IMG/VR virus record: IMGVR_UViG_3300042486_001633
Direction: 5' to 3' (one strand)
DNA: 64,000 bases
Origin: an uncultured virus (IMG/VR IMGVR_UViG_3300042486_001633)
Lineage: Duplodnaviria; Heunggongvirae; Uroviricota; Caudoviricetes
How positions within the stretch are numbered: position 1 is the first letter of the stretch; each line of letters starts with the position of its first letter. This document shows, piece after piece, positions 16,917 through 27,460 of the stretch. The notes below the pieces were generated by a model. It saw only the letters and a program-made list of their open reading frames with translations, searched no databases and was not told where the DNA came from. A program made the position numbers and the translations under genes.

Positions 16917-18059
16917 TTAAACAAGTAATAAGTCGAAGGCTGAATCGGAAAAGTATTTGTCCAGAGTCTCATTAAATTCATTAAAAGTAAGAGCTGGCTG
17001 TTGATTTAGCATAAATCTAAAGAGATCATTAACGTCTTTGATCTTAGTATTGATCTCTTTAGTTAAAGCTGGGTAAGTTTTTCTTAAATCAGTAATTAGT
17101 AAATTCCATAAGAACACTGAGTAACCTTTCATTAGCAATTCAATTGAGGCGCACTTACCGGCTTTATCATTATCAAAAAAGATTCGCGAGTTTTCTTTCG
17201 TAACTAGGCTGGCCAGTAACTGTTTGCTTTTTGTAACCCCAGTGGTGGCAATGCAGTTTCTGACAAACATTGAATCAATTTGACCCTCAGTGATTGTGAT
17301 CTTTTGGGTAAAATTTATGTTTAGGATATTAAAGTAGTTATTTAAAGAATTGACCTGAGTGATAAAATCATCGTCTAATTCTGGAACAAGTCCATTCTTC
17401 TTAAATTCAGTGTAATTCTTAATATCGTATTTTGGACCTGGATAATCGTCATCGATACGACGTAATGCAAAACCGATAATTTTACCCGATTTAAGGTCAA
17501 GGTTAAAAATATACACCTTATCTTGTCGAGAATCGTAATAACAGCTTTGTTCAAATACTGGCAGTTTGTTAATCTTTCTCTTTTCAATAAACTTTCCAAT
17601 TGGGCTGTCAGACTCAGCATCTTTGCATGGAATAAGAGAAAAACGATCAACTACCTCACTAAATACAAGCAGTTGCTTACCTACTTCTCGGTTAATTAAG
17701 AATTCAATTAGGAAACCTTTCTTCTTGATCGAAGTTGCAGGTTTATACTCTACTTTCTTCTTCTCTACTCCAGGAACTCCTAATGCATACTTAAGAGCAA
17801 ACTTAGAGATAAACTTTTCAAGCGGAACCCAAGTAGAACAGCCATCGTTATAACATTTATAGGTTTGAGTACGTAAGTAGAGGTTACCCCTCTTCTTATT
17901 TGGGTCAGTTAGGGAGTCACCGCAGTATGGGCAGGCAAAATTAAGCTTATCCTCATCTGTATCGTTTATTTCTTGTCGTAGCGGATCGCCTGGAAATCTA
18001 TTCTTAAGAACATCTTCGACAAATTCAACAACTGTATAACTCACGTCTAATTTAAACAT
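16917..18059 (-). CDS. gp61: DNA primase, gp61-like
   Basis: CPYCGDS..K.RG..YKCYN.GC zinc domain; TOPRIM TEGQIDS and FDND. Confidence 0.9.
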   Translation of the reverse strand: MFKLDVSYTVVEFVEDVLKNRFPGDPLRQEINDTDEDKLNFACPYCGDSLTDPNKKRGNLYLRTQTYKCYNDGCSTWVPLEKFISKFALKYALGVPGVEKKKVEYKPATSIKKKGFLIEFLINREVGKQLLVFSEVVDRFSLIPCKDAESDSPIGKFIEKRKINKLPVFEQSCYYDSRQDKVYIFNLDLKSGKIIGFALRRIDDDYPGPKYDIKNYTEFKKNGLVPELDDDFITQVNSLNNYFNILNINFTQKITITEGQIDSMFVRNCIATTGVTKSKQLLASLVTKENSRIFFDNDKAGKCASIELLMKGYSVFLWNLLITDLRKTYPALTKEINTKIKDVNDLFRFMLNQQPALTFNEFNETLDKYFSDSAFDLLLV

Positions 18060-18064
18060 ATTTT

Positions 18065-19489
18065 TTATTCTACTTCTTCCTCTTCGACTTCTTCAACCGC
18101 TACTTCTTTCTTCTTTGCAAGTCGCTTAATATATTTCTCAAGCTCAAACTTAGGAACGATCGTTGAATCTAAGCCATATTTAGTAATTACTGAAAGATAT
18201 TCGGCAAAGTCCTTTTCTGGAATATCTGCATCTGCGTTTCCGATAATTTTCCAGAATTTTTCAGGAACCTCAACATATTCTAAAGAATCGCGATCAACTA
18301 CATAAAGCGGATAGATTTGATCGTCAGTTAAAGGCTTTTTGCTCTTTACTGTAATTACTTCAACACTGCGTTTCAGGTTAGAATCTAACGAATTCATCTT
18401 CATTGCCTCAAGCAAACGATTTGTTGGCTCGACAATAAGAGAAAAGAACTGAAGATCTCTGTCAATTGGCGGTGCAACTTCAGGTGGATAGTTTTCTGGA
18501 GCATAGGCAAACACATCAAAGTTATGATCGTTCTGTGCACAATAATAAAACTTGATCTTTTCGCCTTCCCGAAGCGGAGTATATTTCTTATTGAGACCTG
18601 TCTTGATTAACAAGTGATTGTAATAAGAAGCGGCTCTAGGATAAATTGAGATCCCTTTCTTTAATTTTAAAGTTTCTTCGTCATCAACATATTTGTTGTA
18701 GATTCGGATTTTAAAGTTAAATGCAATTTCATCTATTGAAAGAGTATTGTATTCATCCTTAACTGCTTGCAATTTTGGAACAAGATCTTTCTCAATATCA
18801 AGATCCTTTCCGACTTCCATTATCCATTCGGTTAATTCAACTAGCTTTTTTCTAGCCCAGACAGGATACGATCCTTTTACTGGTTCAAGACCCTTAATAA
18901 TTAAGTAACGCTTGTCAATTGGGCTAAGCTCCATTGAAGGATTCGGTTCGTACGATACTTTGATTGCATAATTCTTTTTCTTAAGCCAGATACCGTACTC
19001 TGATAAGTTTTCAAGCTTAAATTTAAGGCGGTTTTTAGTATTGAAGATTCGACCGTATTTTTCAAAGCAAATATCAAAATATTTAGAAAGACGATGATTA
19101 TCAATAGCCACGCATATCTTTAACGCTTCTTCTCGAGTAAAAGTTGCACCTTCGATTGACTGGATTGCAGATTCAAATTGCACATAAATGGAGTCAGTAT
19201 CTGTATAAATTGCAGCTTCTTCTGTAATTTGATTGATTTTATACTTATCAATACCTAGAAGCTGATGTAGTTCAGTATCGAGATGCCAACGATCCATAAA
19301 GTAGTGGTTTACTGCTTTAATACTAAACTTAATTAAGTCCTGGCCCTGTAAAGTAATGGATTGTGCAATATCTGGATTATAGAAATAAAACCATTTGTTA
19401 CCAAAAGCTCCATAAATTGAGTTAATTAAGATTTTTATAGCATTTTGTTTAAGATCGAGCTTTTTGATCTGTTTTGATTTATCTTCCAT
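18065..19489 (-). CDS. gp43: Family B DNA polymerase, C-terminal subunit (split gp43)
   Basis: Begins at motif B KILINSIYG, has motif C YTDTDS and KKNY; no exonuclease or motif A. Confidence 0.85.
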   Translation of the reverse strand: MEDKSKQIKKLDLKQNAIKILINSIYGAFGNKWFYFYNPDIAQSITLQGQDLIKFSIKAVNHYFMDRWHLDTELHQLLGIDKYKINQITEEAAIYTDTDSIYVQFESAIQSIEGATFTREEALKICVAIDNHRLSKYFDICFEKYGRIFNTKNRLKFKLENLSEYGIWLKKKNYAIKVSYEPNPSMELSPIDKRYLIIKGLEPVKGSYPVWARKKLVELTEWIMEVGKDLDIEKDLVPKLQAVKDEYNTLSIDEIAFNFKIRIYNKYVDDEETLKLKKGISIYPRAASYYNHLLIKTGLNKKYTPLREGEKIKFYYCAQNDHNFDVFAYAPENYPPEVAPPIDRDLQFFSLIVEPTNRLLEAMKMNSLDSNLKRSVEVITVKSKKPLTDDQIYPLYVVDRDSLEYVEVPEKFWKIIGNADADIPEKDFAEYLSVITKYGLDSTIVPKFELEKYIKRLAKKKEVAVEEVEEEEVE

Positions 19490-19659
19490 ATAAGATCTTA
19501 CTTAAATTTTTAAAATGGTTTATTAATTGGAACTCCGGTAATAACAATCTGTTATCAAACTGACGACATTTGCTAATTTACTAAAAAAGTTAATTCTATT
19601 TTCCTAAGTAACTATACTAAGAAATCTTGAAAGAATAAATAATAAGAAAGAGGTTTTAG

Positions 19660-20277
19660 ATGAGTGAAAATGATTCACTAGATAAAACTTCAGAGTTATA
19701 CAAAGACTTGCCTTTTATGGAAGCCTTTCCATTCAAGGAGTACGAGATAACACTGGAAACTGAGGGGATAGATTCTGCAGCACTCGGGATTGCACCAATC
19801 TTGCTTAATACTCTAGGCACGTTCGGTACAGAGAACCATGTTAACTTTAATTATTTAGAAAATGACGATGTCGTCTTGATCTCATTCTATCAAGAAGACA
19901 TAGTTCATGTTTCCAATATTTCACAAAAGATTAAAAAATTAAATTCAGTAAAAGACGACTTAGACGAAGGGTTGTCGAGCAATTCTCTACAAGTAAAAAT
20001 AGACCATATAAAGAAGAGCAAAAAATTCATTAAACTTCTGGAGTCAGAAAACCTAGAATATGCACCATTTACTGATGTTCTACAGGACATGATGTCGATT
20101 AACGGCGTCATCCTAACTTCACAACAAGTTCTTGGGATACAAAAATTAAATTTACTTAAAATTCAAGAAGAAGATTTAGTAGCCACGCAAAGAGAAGTAA
20201 TTGTCTCTTTTCTCAACTTTCAATTACACTATGCTCGAATAATATTAGGCATAGTTATTGCAGCTAAAATATACTAA
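19660..20277 (+). CDS. Hypothetical protein
   Basis: ORF track. Confidence 0.75.
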   Translation: MSENDSLDKTSELYKDLPFMEAFPFKEYEITLETEGIDSAALGIAPILLNTLGTFGTENHVNFNYLENDDVVLISFYQEDIVHVSNISQKIKKLNSVKDDLDEGLSSNSLQVKIDHIKKSKKFIKLLESENLEYAPFTDVLQDMMSINGVILTSQQVLGIQKLNLLKIQEEDLVATQREVIVSFLNFQLHYARIILGIVIAAKIY

Positions 20278-20282
20278 TAATT

Positions 20283-21050
20283 ATGACAAGACGCAAGAAC
20301 AAATTCACCAAAGACGAAATAGAAGATATTTCAAATTGGGACAGTGAGAGGAGTTCATTAATGAACGCTAAAGCTCTTTCGGGCAAACTAGATATTAAGT
20401 GTAGGTCCAAAGCACAAAAAGACGTTCTTGCAGCAATTGAAGACAAAGTAATATCAGTAATTATCGGTCCTCCAGGTACAGGTAAAACTTATCTCTCTTG
20501 CGCTAGAGCTCTAAAGTTTATTAAAGAAGACGCGATGACTTATAAGAAAATAATTTTAATTAAGTCAGTGAACGTACCAAAGGATGAAGAAATTGGGTAT
20601 TTAAAAGGTACTCTCGAAGAAAAGATGGAAATGTACATGTATCCATTTATTAGTAATTTTCACAAAGTAATCGGTAAACCTGCAACTGAAAATCTAAAGA
20701 ATAATGGAGTAATTGAAATTCTTCCAATTAAGTTTGCATTAGGTGTTACCTTAGACGATGCGATCATTATTATTGATGAAGCTCAACAAATTTCTAAAGA
20801 TAATTTAAGAACCCTAATCACCAGAATTGGAAACAACTCTAAGATGATATTCTTGGGAGACATTAAACAAAAATCAGTAAATAAAAGAGAAAAGAGTGCA
20901 CTTGAAATCTTGATCGAGTATTTTACAAATATTCCTGAAATAGGAATAGTTCGACTTGGAAAAGAGGATATTGTAAGACATCCTATTATTAAAAAGATAG
21001 AAGATATTTTTGATAAGATAGAAGATTCTGAAAAACTAAATGGAAAATAA
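20283..21050 (+). CDS. phoH: PhoH-like ATPase
   Basis: GPPGTGKT, IGYL.G, IIDEAQ, TRIG, GD..Q, DIVRHP. Confidence 0.95.
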   Translation: MTRRKNKFTKDEIEDISNWDSERSSLMNAKALSGKLDIKCRSKAQKDVLAAIEDKVISVIIGPPGTGKTYLSCARALKFIKEDAMTYKKIILIKSVNVPKDEEIGYLKGTLEEKMEMYMYPFISNFHKVIGKPATENLKNNGVIEILPIKFALGVTLDDAIIIIDEAQQISKDNLRTLITRIGNNSKMIFLGDIKQKSVNKREKSALEILIEYFTNIPEIGIVRLGKEDIVRHPIIKKIEDIFDKIEDSEKLNGK

Positions 21051-21078
21051 AAAAAGAGCAGCGTTAGCTGCTCTTTTT
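21051..21078. terminator. Bidirectional terminator between convergent phoH and uvsW
   Basis: AAAAAGAGCAGC-gtta-GCTGCTCTTTTT. Confidence 0.85.
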
Positions 21079-22635
21079 CGTTAAGTCTATTTCCTTTTGT
21101 GCGATCTCAAATTTTTGATCCTTATAAATTATTTCGCGCTCGGCTGCATGCTTTACCATGTATCCATCTAATTGATCTACTAGATCCCAAACGTAAACTT
21201 TATTTTTTTCAGCAAGCTTACGCATCCCTCGACCAATTGACTGACGAATTGTAATTTCAGCTTTAGTCGATTCGGCAAAAACTATATGATGCACATTTTT
21301 AAGGTCAATTCCAGTAGAGAAGGTACCAAACGATGCAACGATAATTACGCTGTTTTCGGCTTCCATTTTTTCTTTAAATATATCACGATTTGAAGACTCC
21401 ACTTCACCATCAATATAAAAAGTGTTTTCATTCCATTCAGATATTTTTTGTTGAATCTTTTTACCATATCCATTTTTTACATCTGAAAAAAGAATAAGAG
21501 TATTTTTATTTAGTCTCTGTACTAGCTCACTAATAAAATTAAGACGCGCTGCGCTTTCAAAAAGAAAACCACGTTCAATAGATAACATGTCTCTGCCGTA
21601 ATCTTTTGCATTTTTATACATGTCTTTTCCGTCCTTCTTAAGCGCCCAATATTTTTGAAGGTATTCGTCTTTTGGATCATACCTAAGATTTAGGATTTGA
21701 ATTTTAATATTTGGCGAATAACCATTATCAATTAAGTGTTTTGCAGAAAGTACCATTACTAGTGGCCCAACGTTTTCTTGTACTCGATAAAAGTCTGAAA
21801 ACTTTTCATCGATCTTTACTGTTCCAGAAAGACCCAATCTATATTTCCATTCAGTACATGCAAGAAGAATATCTCGAATCACATTACCTCGGCTCTTATG
21901 AGTTTCATCAACACAGACTACTGCAAATTTTTTGAATATTTCAGGTGCAAGATTTTGTAAACTCTGATAAGTTGAAATTACAACTTCACACTCATCAAAT
22001 TTTTCTTGTTTAAATTTATTATCGCCTCCAATTTGACAAATCTTCCATCCCTTTTTTCCAACTGAATATAGATCAAATTTTTCGGCAGTTTGACCGACTA
22101 GGGAAATGTTTGGAACTATAATAAGAGCCTTGTTTTCAGAATCTATTTTTCTTGCGTCTCTTAAAAAAGAATTGTAAATGTAGAAGATGAGAGTTTTACC
22201 AGCAGAGGTCGCCAGCTCTTGAGTACAGAATCTATATTTGATTGCTCGAAATGCACCTTCGATTTGATAATCTCTAGGCACGATCGGCAAGTCTTTTTCG
22301 TCCACCACTCCACTTAAGAGAGAGTCAACATAGTTAAGGTATTTTGCATTGTCTAATCCTAGATTTAGGAATTCATCGATTCCGTCAATCTCACAGTCGT
22401 ATCCATAAAGATCGGCAAAATTGTAAATCTCTTTCCAAAGACCAACTGCAATCTCTCCTTCCTTTGTAATAAAAGTATCGAATCCGTCCCAGATTCCACG
22501 GTCAACCAGAACGTTAAATGCTGCTTTTTTCGATTTCTTTTTGAAGAAGGAGAAAAGATCTCGACGTTCAGAGTTGAGGCTGAAGTCGACTAACTTAATA
22601 AATTTTTTGTCTGGAGTAAGTTCGAACTTTAACAC
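21064..22635 (-). CDS. uvsW: UvsW-like SF2 helicase
   Basis: PRDYQ, ATSAGKT, DETH, GLSGT, FSTGI, QSIGRGMR. Confidence 0.9.
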   Translation of the reverse strand: MLKFELTPDKKFIKLVDFSLNSERRDLFSFFKKKSKKAAFNVLVDRGIWDGFDTFITKEGEIAVGLWKEIYNFADLYGYDCEIDGIDEFLNLGLDNAKYLNYVDSLLSGVVDEKDLPIVPRDYQIEGAFRAIKYRFCTQELATSAGKTLIFYIYNSFLRDARKIDSENKALIIVPNISLVGQTAEKFDLYSVGKKGWKICQIGGDNKFKQEKFDECEVVISTYQSLQNLAPEIFKKFAVVCVDETHKSRGNVIRDILLACTEWKYRLGLSGTVKIDEKFSDFYRVQENVGPLVMVLSAKHLIDNGYSPNIKIQILNLRYDPKDEYLQKYWALKKDGKDMYKNAKDYGRDMLSIERGFLFESAARLNFISELVQRLNKNTLILFSDVKNGYGKKIQQKISEWNENTFYIDGEVESSNRDIFKEKMEAENSVIIVASFGTFSTGIDLKNVHHIVFAESTKAEITIRQSIGRGMRKLAEKNKVYVWDLVDQLDGYMVKHAAEREIIYKDQKFEIAQKEIDLTKKSS

Positions 22636-22649
22636 ATAGACTCATTTTT

Positions 22650-23096
22650 TTAAAGACCGAGAGTCTTTTCAATATCTAATCTGGTTTTTATACCAAAGAT
22701 GATATTATCAATCGTCTTGATTGATTCATTAAAGAATGAGACTTGATTTTCGAAGATTTCAAGATATTCTTTAGTACTGGAAGTCTTGCCCTCAATCACG
22801 ACATTCTTTTCGTTAGATTGATAGCGTAGCTGTAAGTTCTTTGAAAGATTTTCCATTACGTCTGCTTTTTCGTCCCTAAACTTTTTACGAAGCATTGTGA
22901 TATGTTCTAAAAGAGTATGATTGTCCTCAAGAAGGCGTTGTCTAAGCGAAAGCATGTTTACCTGAGCATCCTTTAGAGTCTTAAGATTAGAAAGCTTTTC
23001 GATGTTTTCATAGATTTCTTTAGAAACCTCAGCTCTTCTTGCTTGGAATTTTTCAGCAATATTTTTCTTGGTATCTTTGGATCCAGTTTCGCTCAT
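22650..23096 (-). CDS. Possible recombination mediator, UvsY-like
   Basis: Helical 148 aa protein upstream of uvsW; C-terminal K.ID...F.IK..I pattern. Confidence 0.5.
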   Translation of the reverse strand: MSETGSKDTKKNIAEKFQARRAEVSKEIYENIEKLSNLKTLKDAQVNMLSLRQRLLEDNHTLLEHITMLRKKFRDEKADVMENLSKNLQLRYQSNEKNVVIEGKTSSTKEYLEIFENQVSFFNESIKTIDNIIFGIKTRLDIEKTLGL

Positions 23097-23140
23097 GTTA
23101 ATAAAAATTTAGAGTCTTATACTAAAGAAGACTAAAGAGT

Positions 23141-23635
23141 TTAGCTAACAAACTCAATAAAACGATAGTAATGAGAACCTAATTTAAAGTAATCTTCAGT
23201 ACTGAAATCGCCTGGAGTAAGAGAAGAAACGATCTCATTGCCGAAATCGCTAGAAGTTCCATCCTGAGAATATAGAGTAGAATACTCAGAACCGCCTTTA
23301 CCTAGAATGATTTGCTTAATATCGAACTTTTCATAAAGTCTCTTAATTTCAGTTCGAAAGTCTCGATCACTGTCTAAAATAAAGAAAATTGATGGATACT
23401 TAAGTGACTTGCCATTGCGTCGCATGATCGCAGTCTGCTGAATATAGTCAGTTTCGTTAAAATATGAGTCCAATGCAGTGTTATAACTGTCAACTGTCCT
23501 AAAAACTATAATAACAAAGGGTCTTTTTAATTGGATTGCATCGCGAACGTCAGTCCAAGTGTGAGAAGTCTCAGCGCCAGCTGTTTTTAGGTCCCTGGTG
23601 TAATCTTCGAATAATTTTATGAACTTGTGAGGCAA
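23141..23635 (-). CDS. Hypothetical late protein
   Basis: ORF track; IKLFEDY motif and late promoter motif. Confidence 0.7.
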   Translation of the reverse strand: MPHKFIKLFEDYTRDLKTAGAETSHTWTDVRDAIQLKRPFVIIVFRTVDSYNTALDSYFNETDYIQQTAIMRRNGKSLKYPSIFFILDSDRDFRTEIKRLYEKFDIKQIILGKGGSEYSTLYSQDGTSSDFGNEIVSSLTPGDFSTEDYFKLGSHYYRFIEFVS

Positions 23636-23689
23636 TTTCGTTAAAACTTTTTATTATTTATCAATACAAGACAGCATAATCATAACTAA

Positions 23690-24265
23690 ATGGACAAAGT
23701 AACAAGACTACAGGTATTTGATTTTGATGATACTTTATTTAGAATTCCGACCTACACCAGTAAGATACACTTAGAAGGCTTAGGCTATACATTTAATGAT
23801 CTCTATGAGTTTTACGATCATAATATTTCGTTAGACGAGTCGCTACACAACATTCAACTAATTGGTCCAGTGTACGATGCATGGAAAGAAGGAAAAGATG
23901 ATCCTTCATGTATGCAGCTCTTAATTACACATAGAGTTCTTGAAGTAGAGGAGGCATTAATGAAAGTCTTGAACAAGAGAGACTTGAGTTTCGATAAAAT
24001 CTTTATCCTTAGTAGAAAGACTGAAAAAGTTGATTCTATGCAAGAAGTAATAAAAACGTTGAGTAACTTAGAAACAGTTGAAATATATGAAGACTCCATT
24101 GACCAAATAATAAGGTATCAGGAATTTTTTCAATATTTAGACGAGTTATTACATATTAATAATAAGAAGAGTCTGGAATCTAAGATTTATATTGTTGATA
24201 AATCTAAAATGTACCGGATAGAAAATGTAAAACTTTCAGAAAAGAAGAGAATAACGCTAATATGA
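23690..24265 (+). CDS. HAD-superfamily phosphatase (RNA-repair-like HAD)
   Basis: VFDFDDTLF, LITHR, K, IYEDS. Confidence 0.8.
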   Translation: MDKVTRLQVFDFDDTLFRIPTYTSKIHLEGLGYTFNDLYEFYDHNISLDESLHNIQLIGPVYDAWKEGKDDPSCMQLLITHRVLEVEEALMKVLNKRDLSFDKIFILSRKTEKVDSMQEVIKTLSNLETVEIYEDSIDQIIRYQEFFQYLDELLHINNKKSLESKIYIVDKSKMYRIENVKLSEKKRITLI

Positions 24266-24858
24266 TAATTTTTATAGAAGGGCCACGGCACACTGGCAAG
24301 ACCCACTTGATGGAAGAGTTCTTTAAACAGAACCAGAATCCAAATGTTCTCTATTATAAATTTGCTTTTGCAAAGTATATTGAAGAACTTGGCATGAGAG
24401 ACCAGGAAACTGGTCCAGGAGTACACTATTTTAGCATCGCAAACGTATTAACTATCCTAGAATTAAATAAAGAGATCTTAAAAGACAAAGTTATTGTATT
24501 CGATCGTTCTATTTTTTCAGCGTATGTCTGGTCGATCTATCGGGAACGAATGGATAAGCAGAGATTACTGAACGAGTTTGAAAAAGTGCTAAATAGTGAC
24601 CTCTATCAAAACTGTGCTCTAGTATATTTGACTAGAAAAGAGATGGAAACTCCAGAAAAGAGGGACAAAGACTATTTTGGTAATTTCGAAAACTATGATG
24701 CTGAGAAAAAAGTTTTTGAAGAAGTGCTAGAGATGGCCAGTCAATATACATCAGATTCAAGCAAAAGAAACTTTAATATTATGTGCTTGAACAACTTTGA
24801 TACTAAAAGCGTGACTCTTTTTTGTCAGATGCTCAATGACATAGCAAATCTAGGCTAA
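24262..24858 (+). CDS. P-loop nucleotide kinase (dNMP/thymidylate kinase-like)
   Basis: IEGPRHTGKT, FDRS..S.YV. Confidence 0.8.
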   Translation: MIIFIEGPRHTGKTHLMEEFFKQNQNPNVLYYKFAFAKYIEELGMRDQETGPGVHYFSIANVLTILELNKEILKDKVIVFDRSIFSAYVWSIYRERMDKQRLLNEFEKVLNSDLYQNCALVYLTRKEMETPEKRDKDYFGNFENYDAEKKVFEEVLEMASQYTSDSSKRNFNIMCLNNFDTKSVTLFCQMLNDIANLG

Positions 24859-24891
24859 TCTTCTTTAATAAATAATAAAAAACTATTCAAA

Positions 24892-25473
24892 ATGGCTAAA
24901 GATATTAAGCTCTTTACTCAATATATTAAAGAGCAAGAGGAAAAATCAGCAGATTTAAACCGTCCATTAAAAGGCTACACTGCAGATCAAATTATTGGCA
25001 GAATTGGTGATTTAATGGAAATCCTGTCAGATGATATACGTTTTGGTGTACCTTCTGATACTTTAGGCCGAGCTACTACATATCGTGATGCAAATGGAGC
25101 AATCCAGAAAATTAAAGACATGCAACACTATTATGATAGTAAAAATGAGGATGTACGTTTCTATTGCTGGTCAATCAGCTACGATGGAAGCTGGAAAGCA
25201 ACTAAGAATTTAAAACAAAAAATAGAAGCTGCTGGCGGGTTCGGTGAAGAAAAGTTAAATATGAACTTAAAGAAAATTATTTCATACTTCACTGAAAACG
25301 CAGAGGATTCAGATAACGTTCGTAGTATCTCAATTAGCATGGATGCACTAAGCATTAGGAAAGCAATGAGCAAAGAAGCAGAACCGATTGAGGGAGAAAA
25401 AGCACCGGCTGAAACGCCAGCTCCTAGCGCTGCACCTATACCAAACGAACAACCAACTGAAACTTCAGCATAA
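24892..25473 (+). CDS. Hypothetical late protein
   Basis: IKLFTQYIKE N terminus, late motif upstream. Confidence 0.75.
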   Translation: MAKDIKLFTQYIKEQEEKSADLNRPLKGYTADQIIGRIGDLMEILSDDIRFGVPSDTLGRATTYRDANGAIQKIKDMQHYYDSKNEDVRFYCWSISYDGSWKATKNLKQKIEAAGGFGEEKLNMNLKKIISYFTENAEDSDNVRSISISMDALSIRKAMSKEAEPIEGEKAPAETPAPSAAPIPNEQPTETSA

Positions 25474-25481
25474 TATAAATC

Positions 25482-27410
25482 ATGGCAGGTATAAACAATT
25501 TAAAGGAAGTTTACGAAAAAAGAGGTGAAGATTTTTTAAAGAATCTTCTTAATAGTTATGTCATCATCAATGAAAAAGTAGATGGTACCTTTTTTGGAGT
25601 AAAGAAGAGCAAGAACGATCAATTCAGATATTTTAAAAAATCTGGAGAAATTAGTTATGTTGATCGAGTATTGATGAAATACTATAATTCAGCGATTGCA
25701 TATTTTGAACACATTTCTCCTGAAAAAAGACAGAGGATTCCGGCTAATTTCTATTTTGGATTTGAGTATTTTACAAACGGCGATTCCCTAAATCATAGAT
25801 ATGACCGGCTTCCAAAAAACAATTTAGTCCTTTCTTATATCCATAAATTGGATGATTCTGGAGCAATTGTTTCAACTATTCAAAATAAAGAGCAACTTGA
25901 CAAATGGGCAGATTATCTTGGAGTAGAGAGACCGCCGATTATTTTCGAAGGTAATTTAACGGATGAACAAAAAACTGCAATCCTTGAATTTGTATATGCG
26001 CCATCTGAGGAGTTATTTAGTAAATTTAAAACTCGGTCATTCACTAAATATATTTTATCAATATTAAATGATGAGCAGTCTTCTTCATTTTTAAAAGACA
26101 CTGCAAACGGCAGCATTGATACTATTGTTTTTAGATTTTATGACGAAAATGCAGAGGATCCAGAAGCAGCAGTGTTTCTTGCAAAAATGGTCGATCCTAT
26201 TTTTAATCATGAAAAAACAGTTAAACCAAAAGAAAATAAATCGCAAGATTATATTTGGCTTATTGTAATTGACGTGATGAACCATTTCGAAATGTATGAC
26301 GTTGCTGATTTGAAGAAAATGGCAAGTGTCGGAAATACATTTGACGAAAAATACGTTGCGCTAATAAATACAATGTTCAAGGATTTTATTAAAGAATATT
26401 CTGGAAAATATGAAGGCCTTCGCCTTGAGATTCCAGACTATTTAAAGAGGCCTGAATTTGAATTGGATAAAACTCTAGTTAATGATCCAGCCGTAATTAA
26501 GTTATTAAAGGACGACACTTATTCTGAGATCTATAAAATACTTTTAAATTTCTTTAGAAGAAATAGAAAGAACTCTTCATCTGGCTTTTTTACTCCTGAG
26601 TTATTGACTCAACTTAATTTGATCGTTAATAAGATTAGGAACATTATTATGGGTGATGAAGTATATGAAAGCTTATTTCCTAGCTTTAGTGAATTTGTTG
26701 GAACCAATGGTGACGATTCAATGTTAAGTGAAAAAGAAGTTGCCGAAGGTAAGCATAAAAAACCAGTGCAAACTGAAGTTAACTTATTGATTGGTAATTT
26801 TCAACCAATTACAATGGGTCATATTAAAGCGGCTCAAAAATTAAAAGAAAAGAACGGGTGCAAAACAGTATTAGTTGCAATCAAACCTGAAAATCCAACT
26901 CAAAAATCTCCGTTCTCAGTAAGAGAAACAAGAGTAATGCTTGAAAAGGTTCAGCAAGAATATCCTGATCTAATTACTGATATTTGCTTAATTAAGTCTG
27001 GCCAAATTGAAGAAATATTAGACGCGTTGCAGCCGAAGTATAAACCATTATTATGGGGAACATCTGAACGTCGCCTTAAAGATTATGTTCTACAACTAGA
27101 TTATATTAAAAAGAAAAGTATTCCTTTACGATTAGACAAAGGATTTAAACTTGTTGAATTACCTATTTTTGTAAAATCCGAAGACGTAGTCAATTCAATT
27201 GTAAAATCTGATTTTGCAGAATTTAAGAAACTCGTACCTACATCAATTGCCTCTGAATTTTTTAACCTACAAAAAGAATTAGAAAAGAGCGTAAACGAAG
27301 AAGTTAAACCAGCTTCTAATTTTAGCGCAATTTTCGAAAATCAAGATATTGTAGCCGATGTAGTTGATTCTGATGATACAGAAGAAGATATTACGAAGGA
27401 AGATATTTAA
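25482..27410 (+). CDS. Ligase-like nucleotidyltransferase domain fused to cytidylyltransferase-like domain
   Basis: N-terminal EKVDG, FEY, PPIIFEG; C-terminal GNFQPITMGH and SPFS. Confidence 0.7.
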   Translation: MAGINNLKEVYEKRGEDFLKNLLNSYVIINEKVDGTFFGVKKSKNDQFRYFKKSGEISYVDRVLMKYYNSAIAYFEHISPEKRQRIPANFYFGFEYFTNGDSLNHRYDRLPKNNLVLSYIHKLDDSGAIVSTIQNKEQLDKWADYLGVERPPIIFEGNLTDEQKTAILEFVYAPSEELFSKFKTRSFTKYILSILNDEQSSSFLKDTANGSIDTIVFRFYDENAEDPEAAVFLAKMVDPIFNHEKTVKPKENKSQDYIWLIVIDVMNHFEMYDVADLKKMASVGNTFDEKYVALINTMFKDFIKEYSGKYEGLRLEIPDYLKRPEFELDKTLVNDPAVIKLLKDDTYSEIYKILLNFFRRNRKNSSSGFFTPELLTQLNLIVNKIRNIIMGDEVYESLFPSFSEFVGTNGDDSMLSEKEVAEGKHKKPVQTEVNLLIGNFQPITMGHIKAAQKLKEKNGCKTVLVAIKPENPTQKSPFSVRETRVMLEKVQQEYPDLITDICLIKSGQIEEILDALQPKYKPLLWGTSERRLKDYVLQLDYIKKKSIPLRLDKGFKLVELPIFVKSEDVVNSIVKSDFAEFKKLVPTSIASEFFNLQKELEKSVNEEVKPASNFSAIFENQDIVADVVDSDDTEEDITKEDI

Positions 27411-27460
27411 AACTTTATATTCATAAAAGAATATAAGACTTATAAATTTGTAAAGCACTA

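Noticed and set aside
16461..16928. Plus-strand 155 aa Ser-rich ORF, and similar shadow ORFs at 9296, 17566, 32200, 38564 and 60952
   Set aside because: Antisense shadows of well-supported genes.
18065..19660. Intron, intein or frameshift explaining the short polymerase
   Set aside because: No upstream polymerase-coding frame, intein termini or intron-like sequence; the gene has its own start and promoter motif.
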